This document shows positions 27,783 to 44,211 of a DNA stretch of 64,000 bases, in pieces. This DNA is from Eledone cirrhosa (taxonomy: Eukaryota): positions 36,890,001-36,954,000 of the forward strand of contig OZ024745.1 in the NCBI GenBank assembly GCA_964016885.1. Direction: 5' to 3'. The translations under genes and the position numbers were made by a program. The notes under the pieces are model-generated. The model was given only the letters and a program-made list of their open reading frames with translations. It searched no databases and was not told where the DNA came from. Numbering within the stretch: position 1 is the stretch's first letter; each line of letters opens with the position of its first letter.

Positions 27783-30515
27783 ATGCTGCCTAAAAAACTT
27801 ACAAAACTGGAGCAACAAAGAGGAGAGAAGCTAGACAAGCTGCCACGGAAGAATCTACAAAGAAATGTCATCTAATCACAAGTTTTCTGAAAAGTCAACA
27901 GTCTTTTTCAACAAGTAGTGACGCATCCCAAAGCAACGTAACTGCTGGAATTTTCGGCGAGTCGGTCTGGTCAGATGAACTGGAGAAACAGAAAAGCACT
28001 GGGGAGTCGCGATAACCTGACGTCGAAGATGCCTCAGGTCCATCGACTATCTCAACAACCGTCGTAGTCACTGAAGATGTAGTTCCAACTGGGGATCCGA
28101 ACTCAATAGAGGGGAAAATGGCTGTATCGGAATCTGAAAATGAAAATGATTCAGAGGAAACTACATTGGCAAAACAAATCCCAGAGTATGAGCCAGTAGA
28201 ATGCATGTTGAATTTACAAGAGAAGTATCCAAGCGACCCGAAACATTTCGAGGACAAACCATTGACGACACCTCTAATTCGCGCCCTCATGGCCGTTGGC
28301 CCTTGTCAGCCAGCATTGAAAGATAATTTTTGTGATTTCCCTCTCGACTCGAACCACAGAAAATTCAACATCAGTTGGTACAAGAGAAAGTGTGCTGGAA
28401 TCCATAAAGTTGACCGACACTGGTTAGTATACTCTCCTGAATCCAACAGACTATATTGATTTTGTTGTTGGCTGTTTGCTGATAAAAATGCCGAATCTTA
28501 CTCGAAGACTTGGGGTAATCCAGAGTATGGGATGGCAAACTTCAAAAAGGGAATCGAAAAAATTTCCAAGCATGAGAAAAGTGTCATTCACATCAATGCA
28601 CAAAAGCAATACTTCATGACAAAATATCGTTTGGACGCAGATAAAACAGTGATCGATAACCTCATCCATGAAGAGAAGAAGCAAATTGAACGAAATCGCC
28701 AGATATTGAGGCGATTGCTTGATTGTACGTTATTTCTCGCAAAACAAGGCCTAGCCTTCAGAGGTCACAGGAAATATGCTGGACTTGGCGCCAAATCAGA
28801 AAATGAAGGAAACTTTATTGAATTGTTGAAATTGATGGCCAAGTATGATACGATCTTGGAAAGCCATTTATTCTCGCCTGGGCGCACTAAAATACAGCCT
28901 ATGTACTTCAGTCCAAAATTACAAAACGAACTCATAGAATGCCTGGCAAACGAATGTACTCAACAAATAATCACGGAAGTGAAAGCGGCAAAATACTATT
29001 CAGTCATCGTCGATTCCACAATAGACATTTCGCATCAGGATCAATGCTCTGTGTCACTGCGATATGTATCGAAAAGTGGCCACGCACAGGAGCATTTCCT
29101 GTCGTTTTGTGAACTAGAATCAGCATCCACTGAATCATTTTACGATACGCTTGTGAAAGTTCTTTTCCAGGATCTATCCTTGGATGCTCAATATATTAGG
29201 GGATAAGCTTACGACGGAGCGTCGAATATGTCCGGCCATATTTCTGGGCTTCAGTTAAAGAGGGATGCTCTGGGCTTCAGTTAAAGAGGGATGCTCTTCG
29301 AAAGCTGTTTACGTCCATTATTGCGCTCATAACCTGAACCTGGTGTTAATCGATGCTAGCCAATCGTCAGTGGATGGTAAATTATTTTTTGGTATATTGG
29401 AGAGCCTGTATGTTTTCTTAACATCAAGCTTGCCAAGGCTGAAAATCCTCCAAGAAGAACAAGAAAAACTATTGACTTCAACGGTATTAACATTAAAAAG
29501 ACTCAGATACGCGTTGGTTTAGTCACATTCAGGCTGTCGATGCTACCATTAACAACTTTCCGGCAGTAATAAGTGCACTAGAGAGGATAATATGTGGGGA
29601 TGTTCACAACACTTCTCCGAAAGTATTAGCCGAGGCCAGAGGTTTGCTACTAAATGTGAGCAAGTTTGAATTCATTTTCATGTTGAAGTTTTTTCAGAAT
29701 TTACTTAAAAAGCTGCACTCTGTTTCACAATATTTGCAGAAGGAGGCTATCGACTTATATTCCGCGGACGTCATGATTAAAAATGTAGTAAAAGAAATTG
29801 AAGACATCCGCTCAAATGAATATTTTGACCGAACATTATCAGACGCTAAAAATCTCACCGAACAATGTCAAGTTGAACCAGAGTTTACACCAGAAAAACG
29901 GAAAAGAAAAAAGAAGCGTTTTCATGGCGAAAATGACAGTGGCGAACCTCATGAGACGATGAGTCAGCATTTTAAACGGGACGTTTATTTCACTATCTTA
30001 GATAGAATCATTAGTAGCTTTAACGAACGTTTTGCCGACTTGCACAATCTAGTGAAGGATTGTTCGTGCTTGATACCGGCGCACTTCGACGACGACGACA
30101 CATGCAATAGAGAGAGAATCGATAATCTTGTGAAATTCTACGAGGGTGACATTGAAAATGACACTATCTTCGACGAGTATTTATCATTCAAAGATTTTTA
30201 CAAGGAAGTGTGTTTAGATAAATCCATATCGAGTTCTGAGATCGTTCCGTTTATGATTTCTAATGACTTAGAGCCTATCCGAACGTGTTTGCCTTATTTA
30301 AAATGTTCATAACTATTCCGGTTAGCTCGGCGCAGGCTAAGCGAACCTTCAGCAGGCTCAAACTGATAAAGAATTATTTGCGTAGTACCATGAGTGAAGA
30401 GCGGTTGAATGCTCTGGCAATGATGAACATAGAGCGAGAACTAGCTGAAAAAATTGACTTCAGCATCGTGATTGAAAAATTTTCTAAAGTAAAACATCGC
30501 AAATTAGAACTGTAG
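27783..30515 (+). pseudogene. hAT transposase, disrupted by stops and frameshifts
   Basis: RHWLVYS...LY*FCCWLF zinc finger, FLAKQGLAFRGH...GNFIELL, YSVIVDSTIDISHQDQ, RG*AYDGASNMSG, YVHYCAHNLNL, and the dimerisation motif TIPVSSAQAKRTFSRLKLIKNYLRSTMSEERLNALAMMNIE. Confidence 0.95.
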
Positions 30516-31586
30516 AACAAGTGACGTGCTCGAATGAGAAAGTAAAGTTTTAGATGGACGATTGTACATACGAATATTTGTTGATGAATAATCGATTGCA
30601 AAACTAGTTTTATTGGATGTTGTTTATTTTTTCTGAAAATAGACCACCGTCTTCGCAGTTAATAAAGTTTTCACGGGACATGCTAACTCTGTAATCTATG
30701 ATGCTGTCTACTCTATTATAAATTATTATCTATTCTATATGCGTGTATGAACATATTTCCTTGCAGCCGATGGAAATGAGCGTATGGAATTGGTGGGCCC
30801 CCTTTAGATCGAATCCCCCCCCCCGGCTTTAAAAGCTAGTTACGCCACTGCTGTGTGCGTGTGTTTGTGTGTGTCTGTTTGTGTGTGTATGTGTGTCTGT
30901 ATGTGTCAGTGTGTGTCTGTGTGTGTGTGTGTGTGTGTGTGTATGAGTGTGTATGCGTGTGTGTGTGTGCGTGTGTATGTATGCGCTTATGTGTATGTGT
31001 GTCTGTGTGTTAGTGTGTGTCTCTGAGTGTGGTGTGTGTGAGTGTGTGTGTGCGTGTGTGTGTATGTGTGAGTGTGTGTGTTTGAGTTTATGTTTCGTCC
31101 TGTAACTTAGAGGTTCGGCAAAAAAAATAAATCTATTAAATAAGAACCCTTTTCCTCACAAACAACAAATCCCATTATAAACCCACTACATAATACGTAT
31201 TTAGGTGAACCTCTTGAACGGAAAGAAACTAAAATAATAAACAGTTTTCTCACTTTATTCTACATATGTTCATGCATTTCATATTTTAATCCAATTTTAA
31301 AAAATGTTCAAATTAATGTTTTTAATGCCTTTAGAGCTTATTTTGTTTGCGCTCTGTTTCACAATTAATTATTTTATGTTTTTGCTTGTTTTTTTATTGT
31401 TGTTTTACATTTTTTGCGCTAAGTTTACGATTTCTGTATAATATATCATACTATTAATTATAGCCCATAGTTATATCATTTCTGTTCTGGTCTTTCTCTT
31501 GATATCACTTCTCTGCCATGACTATCTCGACATGTTTACAAATTTGAGGAATTGCTTTTTATTACACACACAAAAGGCACAGAAAC

Positions 31587-31624
<38 letters not shown>

Positions 31625-31658
31625 ATAAACACACACACATACATTCACACACACACAC

Positions 31659-31715
<57 letters not shown>

Positions 31716-31854
31716 TTATTTATTAAAATAACAGATTAAAGTTTAAGCAAAGAATCGCTGTTTTCACCCTTAACGAGATCTTCAAATTTATTATTATTAC
31801 TATATATATATAAACGAAGCCAAATTTTAAATATTTGACTTATTTATTTTAGTT

Positions 31855-31910
<56 letters not shown>

Positions 31911-31929
31911 GGTCTGATTTCAATTCTAT

Positions 31930-32345
31930 CAAGGATTTTTTTCTGGAAGTCCTCTGTCGCCGACCCAAGTGCTCCAATTACAATTGGAACCACTCTTGCT
32001 TTCAAATTCCACATTCTCTCGGCATCTATTTTCAAGTCGCATATTGTACAATTTTCTCCCTTTCTTTACCATTGATGTGATGCTCTCCTGGGCAAGCTAC
32101 ATCAATAAAAAAAGTTATGTCTAGTCATGTATTTTCAAGAACTCTATCTGTATGGATTGTAAAGTCCCACAAGAGTTTCACAGTCTGTTTTCTAGGAGCT
32201 TCTCTGCTTTGTGCTGATACCATTTCTCAATTATTATAAACCCATATTTCTTGCATAAAGACCAATGGAAGTGTAAGCACACTTTACTGAGACACCTTTT
32301 ATATTCCCTCCGCGTACATAACCTACACTTATTTGTTTCATCTGG
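31930..32345 (-). mobile_element. R4/Dong-like (restriction-like endonuclease) LINE remnant
   Basis: Minus strand encodes VKLLWDFTIHTDRVLE, FIDVACP and ARVVPIVIGALGS. Confidence 0.75.
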
Positions 32346-32371
32346 TTTATTATCATTATTGTTTCTTCGCA

Positions 32372-32563
32372 GGGTGGTGAATCGACAGTATCGGTAGAGG
32401 GTCAGACGCCATGCTTTCCACCATAGTTACGTCCCTTTACGGTCTGAGTTCAAATCCCGCCGAGGTTAACTTTGCCTTTTATCCCTACGGGGTCGATAAA
32501 ATAAAATACCAGTAATGCACTGGGTAATTGCTGGCCTTGTGCCAAAAGTAGAAACAATTATTG
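32372..32563 (+). mobile_element. SINE family 2, young subfamily copy
   Basis: Highly similar to 54163-54303(+), 55143-55336(-), 57579-57760(-) and 57803-57983(+). Confidence 0.85.
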
Positions 32564-33621
32564 TTTCTTCGCTCAGCTTCTAACGCTGGAGTTGTATTAC
32601 AGTGTTTTTGTTGTTGTTGTTATTATTATTATCATTATTCCTGATTTAGGCACAAGGCCAATAATTTGGGGGAGGGGAAAGTCGATTAAATCGGCACCAG
32701 TGTATTACCGATAAAATAACGTACCAGTAACGCACTGGGGTCGATTTAATCGACTTTCCCCTCCCACAAAATTGCTGACCTTGTGCCTAAATCAAAAACC
32801 GTTATCATTATTATCATTATTATTGTTGTTGTTGTTGTTGTTACACAACAAAATCCCTTTCTACTTAGATTTTTACGTTTCCAGAAATACCTATTTATTT
32901 ATTCATTTATTAATATATGCGTGTTTGTGTGTGTATGTATGTCTGCCTGTATGTATGCATGTATATTAGTCTACTGCAAATATTGTACACTTTTTATTTG
33001 TTCAGTAACTTCCTCTTTTACGATGTGGTGCCAGCACTAAGAGCTTTGATAAAACAGTAACTTTTATTTATTTGTATAAACTATTTACATTCATTCTTTT
33101 TTAATTATATTTAAATCAATTCCTATTGCGATATTAAAAACATCGTCAAGTCGTTTCTCGACTCCCCCAGAAATAAAGGAATACAAATAAATTCAAAACA
33201 GAACCAAAATAACTAGAAAAAAGAACAAAAACTATAGAATCGTTTGCAATGTTGTCAGACTAAATCAATGTGTACTTGGAAAACAAATGACATTTTTGAG
33301 ACATAATCTATGATGTTTTAATTGTGAGAAGTGGCAGACCGGAACTAATTAGATCTAAATTAGTGATAAGAGCGTTATATTCCCTCTGCTTCAGGAATCC
33401 CGTCCAATTCCTGGTTACCAAAACATGGTACTCATTAATCTTCAACAACGTTATACTTTGTTTTTAGAATACTGCCATTAATGGATCTTTGTATTTATGG
33501 AATTTGGCAGATAAACATTAAATCACTATTAAATTGTCACATTTTACGAATGAATCAATAATTCTACGTGAATGGGTTTTCAAGTTTTAGTCTTAATCCA
33601 CAATAATTCAACGAATGGATG

Positions 33622-33685
33622 TTTGCATATTCGCATATTCGCATATTCGCATATTTGCATATTCGCATATTTGCATATTTGCATA
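33622..33685. repeat. 8-bp tandem repeat (TTYGCATA) x8
   Basis: Read directly from sequence. Confidence 0.95.
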
Positions 33686-34599
33686 CATTTTTAACATTAC
33701 CACCACTACGACTTTTCCTTCGTGAAAACAAATAAAAAAGACGAATAATTAAATAAGGAGATCAATAAGTAAATAAATAAAGTGACACAGATTCTATCAT
33801 ATCTTTTCTTATTTGTTTTACAGGAAATCGATCACCTTTAATTAAAATCTTCATTTATGTTTACGCTTACATTTGATTTTTCCGACTACTGTGACCTCTT
33901 TTGAAGCAAGTTGAAAGGCAAGCTTTCATAAGCCGACTTGAAAGTAAATAGAAAACTTAGTTACGCTCACACCTTCTACTAATAAAAGAGACATAACGTT
34001 CAATATTTTAATCTTATTTAAAAAACCGATAAAATTTATGACTCTTCAAGTATCAATTTAAAATCCTTTATAAGTTCGGCGTCTAATTATTTCTTCTGTT
34101 TCTACTTATGAATACCATTTCGTTCGCTTCCTCTGCAGAACTAAAAGCTATTTAAGCCTGGTTATATATCTTTATACCCTTACATTTTTGCAAAGCTAAC
34201 ACAAGTAGTGAGAATGTATATGTAGCTACAACCACATTTCTGTACGACATATATTCCCGTCTCACATTTCTCTCAATTACTATACAAATACTTTCGAGAG
34301 CAAAATGTACTTGTAATTCTTTATTCCAGTTTTATGCAGTTTATCCATTAAATTGTTGGTTAAAAGGGATTTTATTAAACGTTTATCAATAAAACATGCA
34401 TCATAAACCCAAATGCATTTATTCGTATTGCCACGTCTTAGATTCTATAATTCTATCTCATTAAAATCCTCAATATGGCAACAAGCCGCTGCACTTCCCA
34501 TCATTCTAAAATTTACTTCTTTCCTCATGCCTGTGTATGTTTGTATGTGTGTGAACTTACATGTGTGTATGGGAGGGCGTCTGCGTGTGCCAGTGAATG

Positions 34600-34674
<75 letters not shown>

Positions 34675-35174
34675 ACGCGCACGCATGAGAGTGTGTGTGT
34701 GTGCGTATGCACACGCGCAAGTGTGTGTTAGCCTTTCCATGCTTTTATGCAAATCTGTAGTTATATAAGCCACTATAGCTGATAATAGGTACAAATGAGA
34801 ATACATTTAGACTGTATTCCTTGAGATGCTAACTCTTTCCACATGTTTAGACGCGATATTCACATCCGTTTTATGATTGACTTCTACAACAGTGCATGGC
34901 ATTCTTCCCTTATGTCAATATCATAAGTAACTATGTACGTATGTATGTATGTATGTGTATATGTGTGTATGTTCTTCTGGTTTTATAATTTCACAAATTT
35001 TTTTCCCAATATAGAGAGAGTCGGTTTCTAATATAGATACAAGACTCTCTCGTTGGAATTTACACAACATCAACTAGGTAGATTATGTATGCATGCATGT
35101 GTATATATGGATGTTATTGTATATGTGGATGTGGATGTTTTTAGTTGTATGTGTGCATGTGTATATGCAGTTAT

Positions 35175-35835
35175 TAGATGCAACATTTTTGGAATGTTTT
35201 ACATATTTTTACTGTTCCATTAATGGATTATACTTGTAATTTCCTAACTAGTTGTGTTCTTTTTGTTCCTGTGAAGCCTAGCTTCTCAAGATTTGTATTG
35301 AGGCAGTTACTAACATACCCCAGTGCCCCAATAATCACAGGCATAAATCTGAAGGTGTAATCAGGGTGGAGTATCTGCAGATTTCTCATCAGTTCTGCAT
35401 AAATATTCTCCTTTTCGCTAATCTTTGATATTATATGGGCATCTGCTGGACAGCTAACTTCCACTACTGTGCATGCTTTCTTCTCCCTGTCCCATATCAT
35501 AATATCTGGTCTGTTATGCCTGCATTTTATTGGGGTTTTTACTGGAACATTCCACCAGTACTCTTTCATATTATGTACATGGATGTCTTCCACATTGCTG
35601 TAGCTTTTAATCTGTTTATTATCGGAGTTATCTTTTTTTACGAACTGCATCGTACAGTGTTTTGGCCACTACATAATGCCTCATAGGTAGATAGTACCGC
35701 AATGACATCTTTGGACAGTTGCTGGTGACATGGGTGATATTCACGATGTTAGTTCTGCAGAGTCTGCACTTGTTATCACATCTAGGTGTTTTGCCTGCAT
35801 CCCTATCTCTTTTTGTGAATCAGGTATTTCGTGTT
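35175..35835 (-). mobile_element. R4/Dong-like LINE 3' fragment (zinc knuckle plus RLE) within (TATG)n
   Basis: CRLCRTNIVNITHVTSNCPK, YWWNVPVKTPIKCRHNRPDIMIWD...VVEVSCP...KENIY and PVIIGALG. Confidence 0.85.
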
Positions 35836-35858
35836 AATGATGTATGTGTGTATGTATG

Positions 35859-35889
<31 letters not shown>

Positions 35890-36004
35890 ATATGTATATA
35901 TGTATATGTATGTATGTGTGTGTGTATGTATGTATGTATGTATGTATGTATGTATGTATGTATGTATGTATGTATTTATGTATGTATGTATGTGTGTGTG
36001 TATG

Positions 36005-37045
36005 TGTTACTGGTTTCATGGTGAGGAGGGTGACTTTGGACATCCTGCAGGACTAAAAACAAAACCTGTCAAAGGGCAAAAGAGCTCTTAAGAGTCAATG
36101 GCCATCCAAAATCACCGGGAGAGATGACCCCTTAGCCTTTGTCAAGGCAGAATTCTAGGAGAAGGAAAACTCTGATATAACACCTGCAACCCTGATGGTA
36201 TCCAACGATGTTGACTTGTTTTTCTTTTTGGTAAATATCATCTTGGTTAAGAGAGTGGGACTGGCTTTGTGCAGTGCCTTTGCTCACTATAAAAGCTTCA
36301 CGGCACAGACATTGCTTTATATCTGGAGATCTCTCTGCACTTGTCGTCACATGGTACCATGGGCCCAGCACTATGTGTCAATAATTGTCACAAGTGTAGT
36401 GTTTGTTCCGGAGTTTTCAAATCGCTGGCTGGGCTAAAATGTGACACTCGTTCAGCGCATCGGTAGGAGTTCTCCTACATGGATATAAAGTAGTGGCCGT
36501 ACTCGAAAACGAGTTAGCAGCCATGTGTTACTGGTAACATGTAAACCAGTACAACCTGTCGTATGGTCGAGTCGTCGGCAACTAAACCGGCAACCCCACC
36601 AAGTTTACTTGGTGAGGAGGGTGATTTTGGACACCCTGCATGACAAAAAACAAAACCTGACAAAAGGCGGAAGAACTCATAAGAGTCAACGGCCATCCAA
36701 AAGAGTGTAAATATGTATATACACATGTACCGCGTGGTTAAACCACTGGGAGTGAAGGACCCCTAGCCTTTGTCAGAGCATTCTTCTAGGAGAAGGCAAC
36801 TCAGGGAACTGAGATAACTCCGATATAAAACCTGCGGCTCAGTAGTTACCGGTGATGTTGATCTTTTCTTCTTTTCGGATTATAGCTACTGTCGCTCAGA
36901 GAGTGGGATTGGCTCAGTGTACAGTCTTTCCTCACTTTAAAAAATATCTTCACACACAGGCATTGCACGATAGAATTAATTAATAATTATTAATAATGGT
37001 ATATCGTGCTCTGGCCATACTCGATAATGAGGGGGAAGCCATTAT
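36005..37045 (+). repeat. Tandem copies of an interspersed repeat resembling an RTE 5'-UTR
   Basis: GGTGAGGAGGGTGA...GAGTCAACGGCCATCC and CCCTAGCCTTTGTC...TCTAGGAGAAGG(A/C)AACTC each occur twice here and again in 40764-41420. Confidence 0.6.
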
Positions 37046-38230
37046 CATAATGTATGTATGTATGTATGTATGTATGTATGTATGTATGTATGTATGTATG
37101 TACGAAGCATATATGTATACATGTATGAATGTGTATGTGTGTGTGTGTGTATGTGTAAAAAATAAATATGACAAACACAAACTACACATCCAGATCATAG
37201 AACATATCCACACGTGTGCTACTTGTTAAAAAGCCCCTATAGAAATGCCACACCAAAGATATCAAAGTTAACGTTGCAGTCACCGAACGAAGCATCGGAA
37301 ATGTGTATATCAAGGGGGTGTTATTCATCAATAGATTGGAACATATCATTAACAGCAGGCGGGAGGTGGATGAACCCGATTGTGTTATTGTGATTATGCC
37401 AGTCTGCGCATCTCACCAGTTCTCCGACCTAATATCTGCAGAGAAGCGCTCAGCTCGTTATCATCATCACCTCCATTCCCTTTCATTTGAAAAAGGTTCA
37501 TAACCCCCAAATATTGATTAATTTTTTCTAATCATGGTTTGTGATTTCGGCACATAGCCTACATTTTTGTGGTGAGAAAAGTCAATTAAACCGGCCCCTG
37601 TGCGTTACTGGTACTTTATTTTATCGATTCTGTAAGAATGAAAGGCAAAGCAAGCCTCGGCGAGATTTGAGCTCAGAACGTAAAGGAACGTATGCCACAA
37701 AGCATGTTGTCCGATGCTCTACCGATACTGACAATCTACCGCCCTTCATAACCCCAAAATATTAATAAGATTAAAGTGTGAACTGTTTTGTTCTGCTTGT
37801 CTTACTTTACTCTAATTTTCACTCCTTTTCTTCTAATTTGCATTGTACTGGCTCTCTCGTGAGAATCCTAACTATATATTCTACAAGGCTTCATATTAAC
37901 TATAAGACTTAGGTGTATGTGTGTGCTTGACCCATCCATACAGGATAATGACATAAGATATAAACGTGATGAAGCACTGCAATAAAATACAAAACATATA
38001 GACTAATATCACTGATTCGTTTCTGATGTAAACATTATAAGTCAAATTACATTTCTACATGTTAGAAAAAAGATTAAGCAGCGAATTGGAAGACTTTCTG
38101 CTCTCTGAGCTAAAATCCCACTGAAGTCAACTTTGCCTTTCATCATTTCATAACCGATAAATAAAATACCAGTTAAACACGAGGGCTGATTTATCATATA
38201 TATCTATCCCTCTTTCTCTCTCGCCTCCTT

Positions 38231-38520
<290 letters not shown>

Positions 38521-39447
38521 ATATATATATATATATTATATACACATGTGTGACATGGCCAAAAAGGAGGTTTCCTATTGCGTTTCTAACAATCCCTTTA
38601 ACACCACACTGTGGACACGAAAAGAAAGAAAGAAAGGAAAAGAATAAAGAAAGCTTTGGTCGTGCTCGTAGTTAGCGTTTTGTCAGCTAAGATACTGTGA
38701 GTATTGTCCTAAGTACATAATATTTTATTGCAGAACTAGAAAGGGGAAGAAACAATATGTGACGCAGTCAACGTTCGGTTGAATGTTTAGAAACAAGAAA
38801 CACTTTTTTTTTTCTCATACACTATATGCACGTATATTACTTACTATTCAAAAATTCATGATTTAAAATGTGGAAATGCCTGAAGATACTGCTGACGAAG
38901 AAAGAGCAAAGGTAAAACAACACCACAAACATACGGACAGAACACTAACAATTGTAATCAACAATTATATCGCCTATATTTCAAAGTATGTTGCTTTATA
39001 CATTCCTTGATGGAATACAAAACATGTTTCTGTTTACTGCAATAATAATCAAAGGAGAAAGTTATATTGCCAAGGAATAAATATTCTCCAAGCGGCATTT
39101 TTTTCTTTTTACTTTTTTTTCTCTCTATTTTTTGTTATTGTTTTTTTTTTTTTTGTTGTTTTTGTTTCTTTTTTTGTCTTTTGCTTCTTATATTGGGTGT
39201 ATGTACCGCTTTCAGCAATATTTTAAAGTTATTTTTCTCAGTGGATAAAAGAGAAGTTACAATGTTGGAGAGAAGAATGTCTACGTAATAAATGTGTATA
39301 GCGAAAAATTTCTATCGTTTATGTTAATATTCTTGTAATTCGTATTCAGAAAATGTTCCGCGGGAATTCTTATTTGTTTCTATATATACGTGTGCGTGCT
39401 GTGTATGTGTGCGCAGCATGTGTATGTGTACATGTGTATATGTATAA

Positions 39448-39481
<34 letters not shown>

Positions 39482-40394
39482 ATAAATTCACTAGAGAGAA
39501 AAAAATGATTGCATGCGACGATATATGCAAATATGAACTCCCTTATAGAGAAACACACGGACGGACACACAAATATACGTGTGTATGCATGTGAGTCTGC
39601 GCATGTCTTGGGTGTATGTATGTAGGCATGTATATATGTGCGTATGTATATACACATTTATATACATAGTTCAGAATATTCAAAGATGCTCTCACATAAT
39701 CAAACTCTTATAAACATGCACACACACACTCACACACACACACACAAATATACATATACTTAAGGTTTGATTCGTTATAATTCTTTTAGTTCTTCTGATT
39801 GTTTGTAGCACCCCATTGCAGGGTTGCTGGCATGATCCCTTGATTGTCCCTTTCACATCAGTCGTGAGTTGTTGATGCATTCTCCCGATCGTGAACGTGT
39901 GAACTGGATCTCTTCCATGTTTAGTAAAATCGAGTCCTCTCAAAACCTCATTATGAGATACATAACAAACCTAAAAATACCTGAAAATAAAAAGATTGTA
40001 GATCTACTAGAAGCTGTCAAATTAGTTCCTACAACGTTCATCATCAAAATCTAAGTCCTGAAGCTCTTTGGTCAGTTTCAAGTAAAGTGTTTGTCACAGA
40101 GCAGAGAGTGAGAGAGACAAATATATGTATATATATATATATATATATACAAGTTTCTACATAACCTGGAAATTATTTATCCCAAATTATAACGAAACGG
40201 CCGTCTAGAAGAAATGAGATATTTATTTAATAATGTCTCATATAAAATAATACACCTAATTATCCACGAAATACTGATTAGTTAGCACGCCAAACACTAA
40301 ATTGGGATAATACTTTAGTATATCCTAATGTTTGTTGAGTGAGATGGAGTTGGTCGGAGTATCGGTTAAGGCTTTCTCTGTTTATGTATTGTAT

Positions 40395-40474
<80 letters not shown>

Positions 40475-40763
40475 AAGGAACGAGATGGAGAGGGAATTGT
40501 CTCTGTTCAATAGAGAAAGAGGGGGAAGGTGGAGAAAGGGTAAGTACAGCAGAAAAACAGAGACGAGGTGTAAGAAAATACGGGAGTATGAAATACATAA
40601 AGATAGTCACTTCGCCAAGTAAGGACTTGCTTTTAATAATTACGTCATTGCATTGTTCTGTTTATAAAAGTTTTTATTTACATAAATTATGGGAAAATTT
40701 ACAATTTAGTTATTTCTAACAGGTCCATTGACCATATAGACGATGCACCTTAAATATATGTAT

Positions 40764-41420
40764 GTCAACGGCCATCCAAAAGTGTGTAAATATGTATATA
40801 CACATGTACATGTGTATGTATATGTATATGTGTATATACATGGGTGCATGTGTGTGTATATGCGCGAGAACATAGAAATAGTCGGGCTGGACACCCGATC
40901 GCGCGGTTAAACCACTGGGAGTGAAGGACCCCTAGTCTTTCTCAGGGCATTGGTCTAGGAGAAGGCAACTCAGGAAACTGGGATAACTCCGATATATAAC
41001 CTGCGGCTCAGTAGTTAGCGATGATGTTGATCTTTTCTTCTTTTCGGGTTATAGCTACTGTCGCTCAGAGAGTGGGATTGACTCAGTGCACAATCTTCAC
41101 GCACAGGCATTGCACGATGGCATTAATTGATAATTATTAATAATGTTATATCGTGCTCTGGCCATACTCGATAACGCGGGGGCAGCCATCATGTATGTAT
41201 ATAGGCGCAGAAACATAGAAATACTCGGTTTAGTGCCTAAGCACGCAGTTATCCCACCGAAAGGGAATGACCCCTGATCCTTGTTAGGACATCATTCTAG
41301 AAGAAGGAAAACTCTGATGTGAAGCCTACAACTCGATGGCAGCCAATTATGTTGACCTGATCTTTTCTTTGGATACCTGTCACCATTTTTCAAAGAGTGG
41401 GATTCGTCCAGTGTAAGGTC
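40764..41420 (+). repeat. Further copies of the RTE-5'UTR-like repeat
   Basis: 40764-41190 aligns with 36685-37045. Confidence 0.7.
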
Positions 41421-41780
41421 TTTCTTTAATCTTCAAGCCCAAACATCAGTTGATGTAAACATAACTGACAATAGCCAAAAATGGCTTTTATTTTATTTGT
41501 TTTTGTTTTTCGCTGCAGCATATTCAGAAAGGAATGTAAGTCCTTGACAGGGTTACAAAGTCACGTTTGTGTCACTCAGGATCAGCTGATGGCAATTCTC
41601 GAAAGCGAGATGCAGCCATCATGTATGTTTTATATCTTCAGGCATAACTGGTACTAAATAAACAAACCATAATTCTTTGTAAGTCTGATATGCAGTAGAT
41701 GTTCCATCGATTATCTTTTTTGAACTTTCTCTACAAATCAACAACCACGACTATTTCCTTCTAGTTTCCATTGCTCTCCC

Positions 41781-43771
<1,991 letters not shown>

Positions 43772-43780
43772 GGGGGGGTT

Positions 43781-44105
43781 AAAAATCAGTGATACATCGG
43801 AACTCAATTTATTGCGTATTACAATTGTTTCCCCGGCGAACAGCTCGAGGAGCGATCTGGATTCGCAGGTTCCTCAGATCCGAAATCAATAGACGTGCCT
43901 GAGGAACCTGCGAATCCAGAGTCAGATCGATCCACACACACATCGCACCTCGAGCTGTTTGCCGGCGAAACAATTGTAATACGCAATAAATTGAGTTCCG
44001 ATGCGTCACTGATTTTTCGTTTTCCATTCTATCATACTCTGCTCCGTGGAGCATAGAGTGCTCAACCGGCATACCGCCTATGGACGCATCTTAGCTACCA
44101 TAAGA
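43781..44105 (+). mobile_element. Fold-back short element plus tail
   Basis: Imperfect inverted arms at 43781-43877 and 43899-44017. Contains GAA-ACAATTGT-A (HHR stem III-like) and an upstream CTGAGGA. Confidence 0.75.
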
Positions 44106-44107
44106 CA

Positions 44108-44211
<104 letters not shown>

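Larger units (their letters stand above)
26543..30850 (+). mobile_element. Full-length hAT DNA transposon (Tip100/ZMYM1-like group), 4308 bp
   Basis: TIRs CAGTAGCGTAACTA / TAGTTACGCCACTG, a perfect 8-bp TSD CTGTGTGC (26535-26542 and 30851-30858), and an internal transposase. Confidence 0.97.

Noticed and set aside
28118-30515. Host ZMYM1-like gene
   Set aside because: It lies within TIRs and a TSD and has stops and frameshifts, so it is a transposase pseudogene.
34970-35085. Short hairpin-containing insert in (TATG)n, partly repeated at 19930-19962
   Set aside because: A real repeat, but no canonical ribozyme core or class signature could be assigned.
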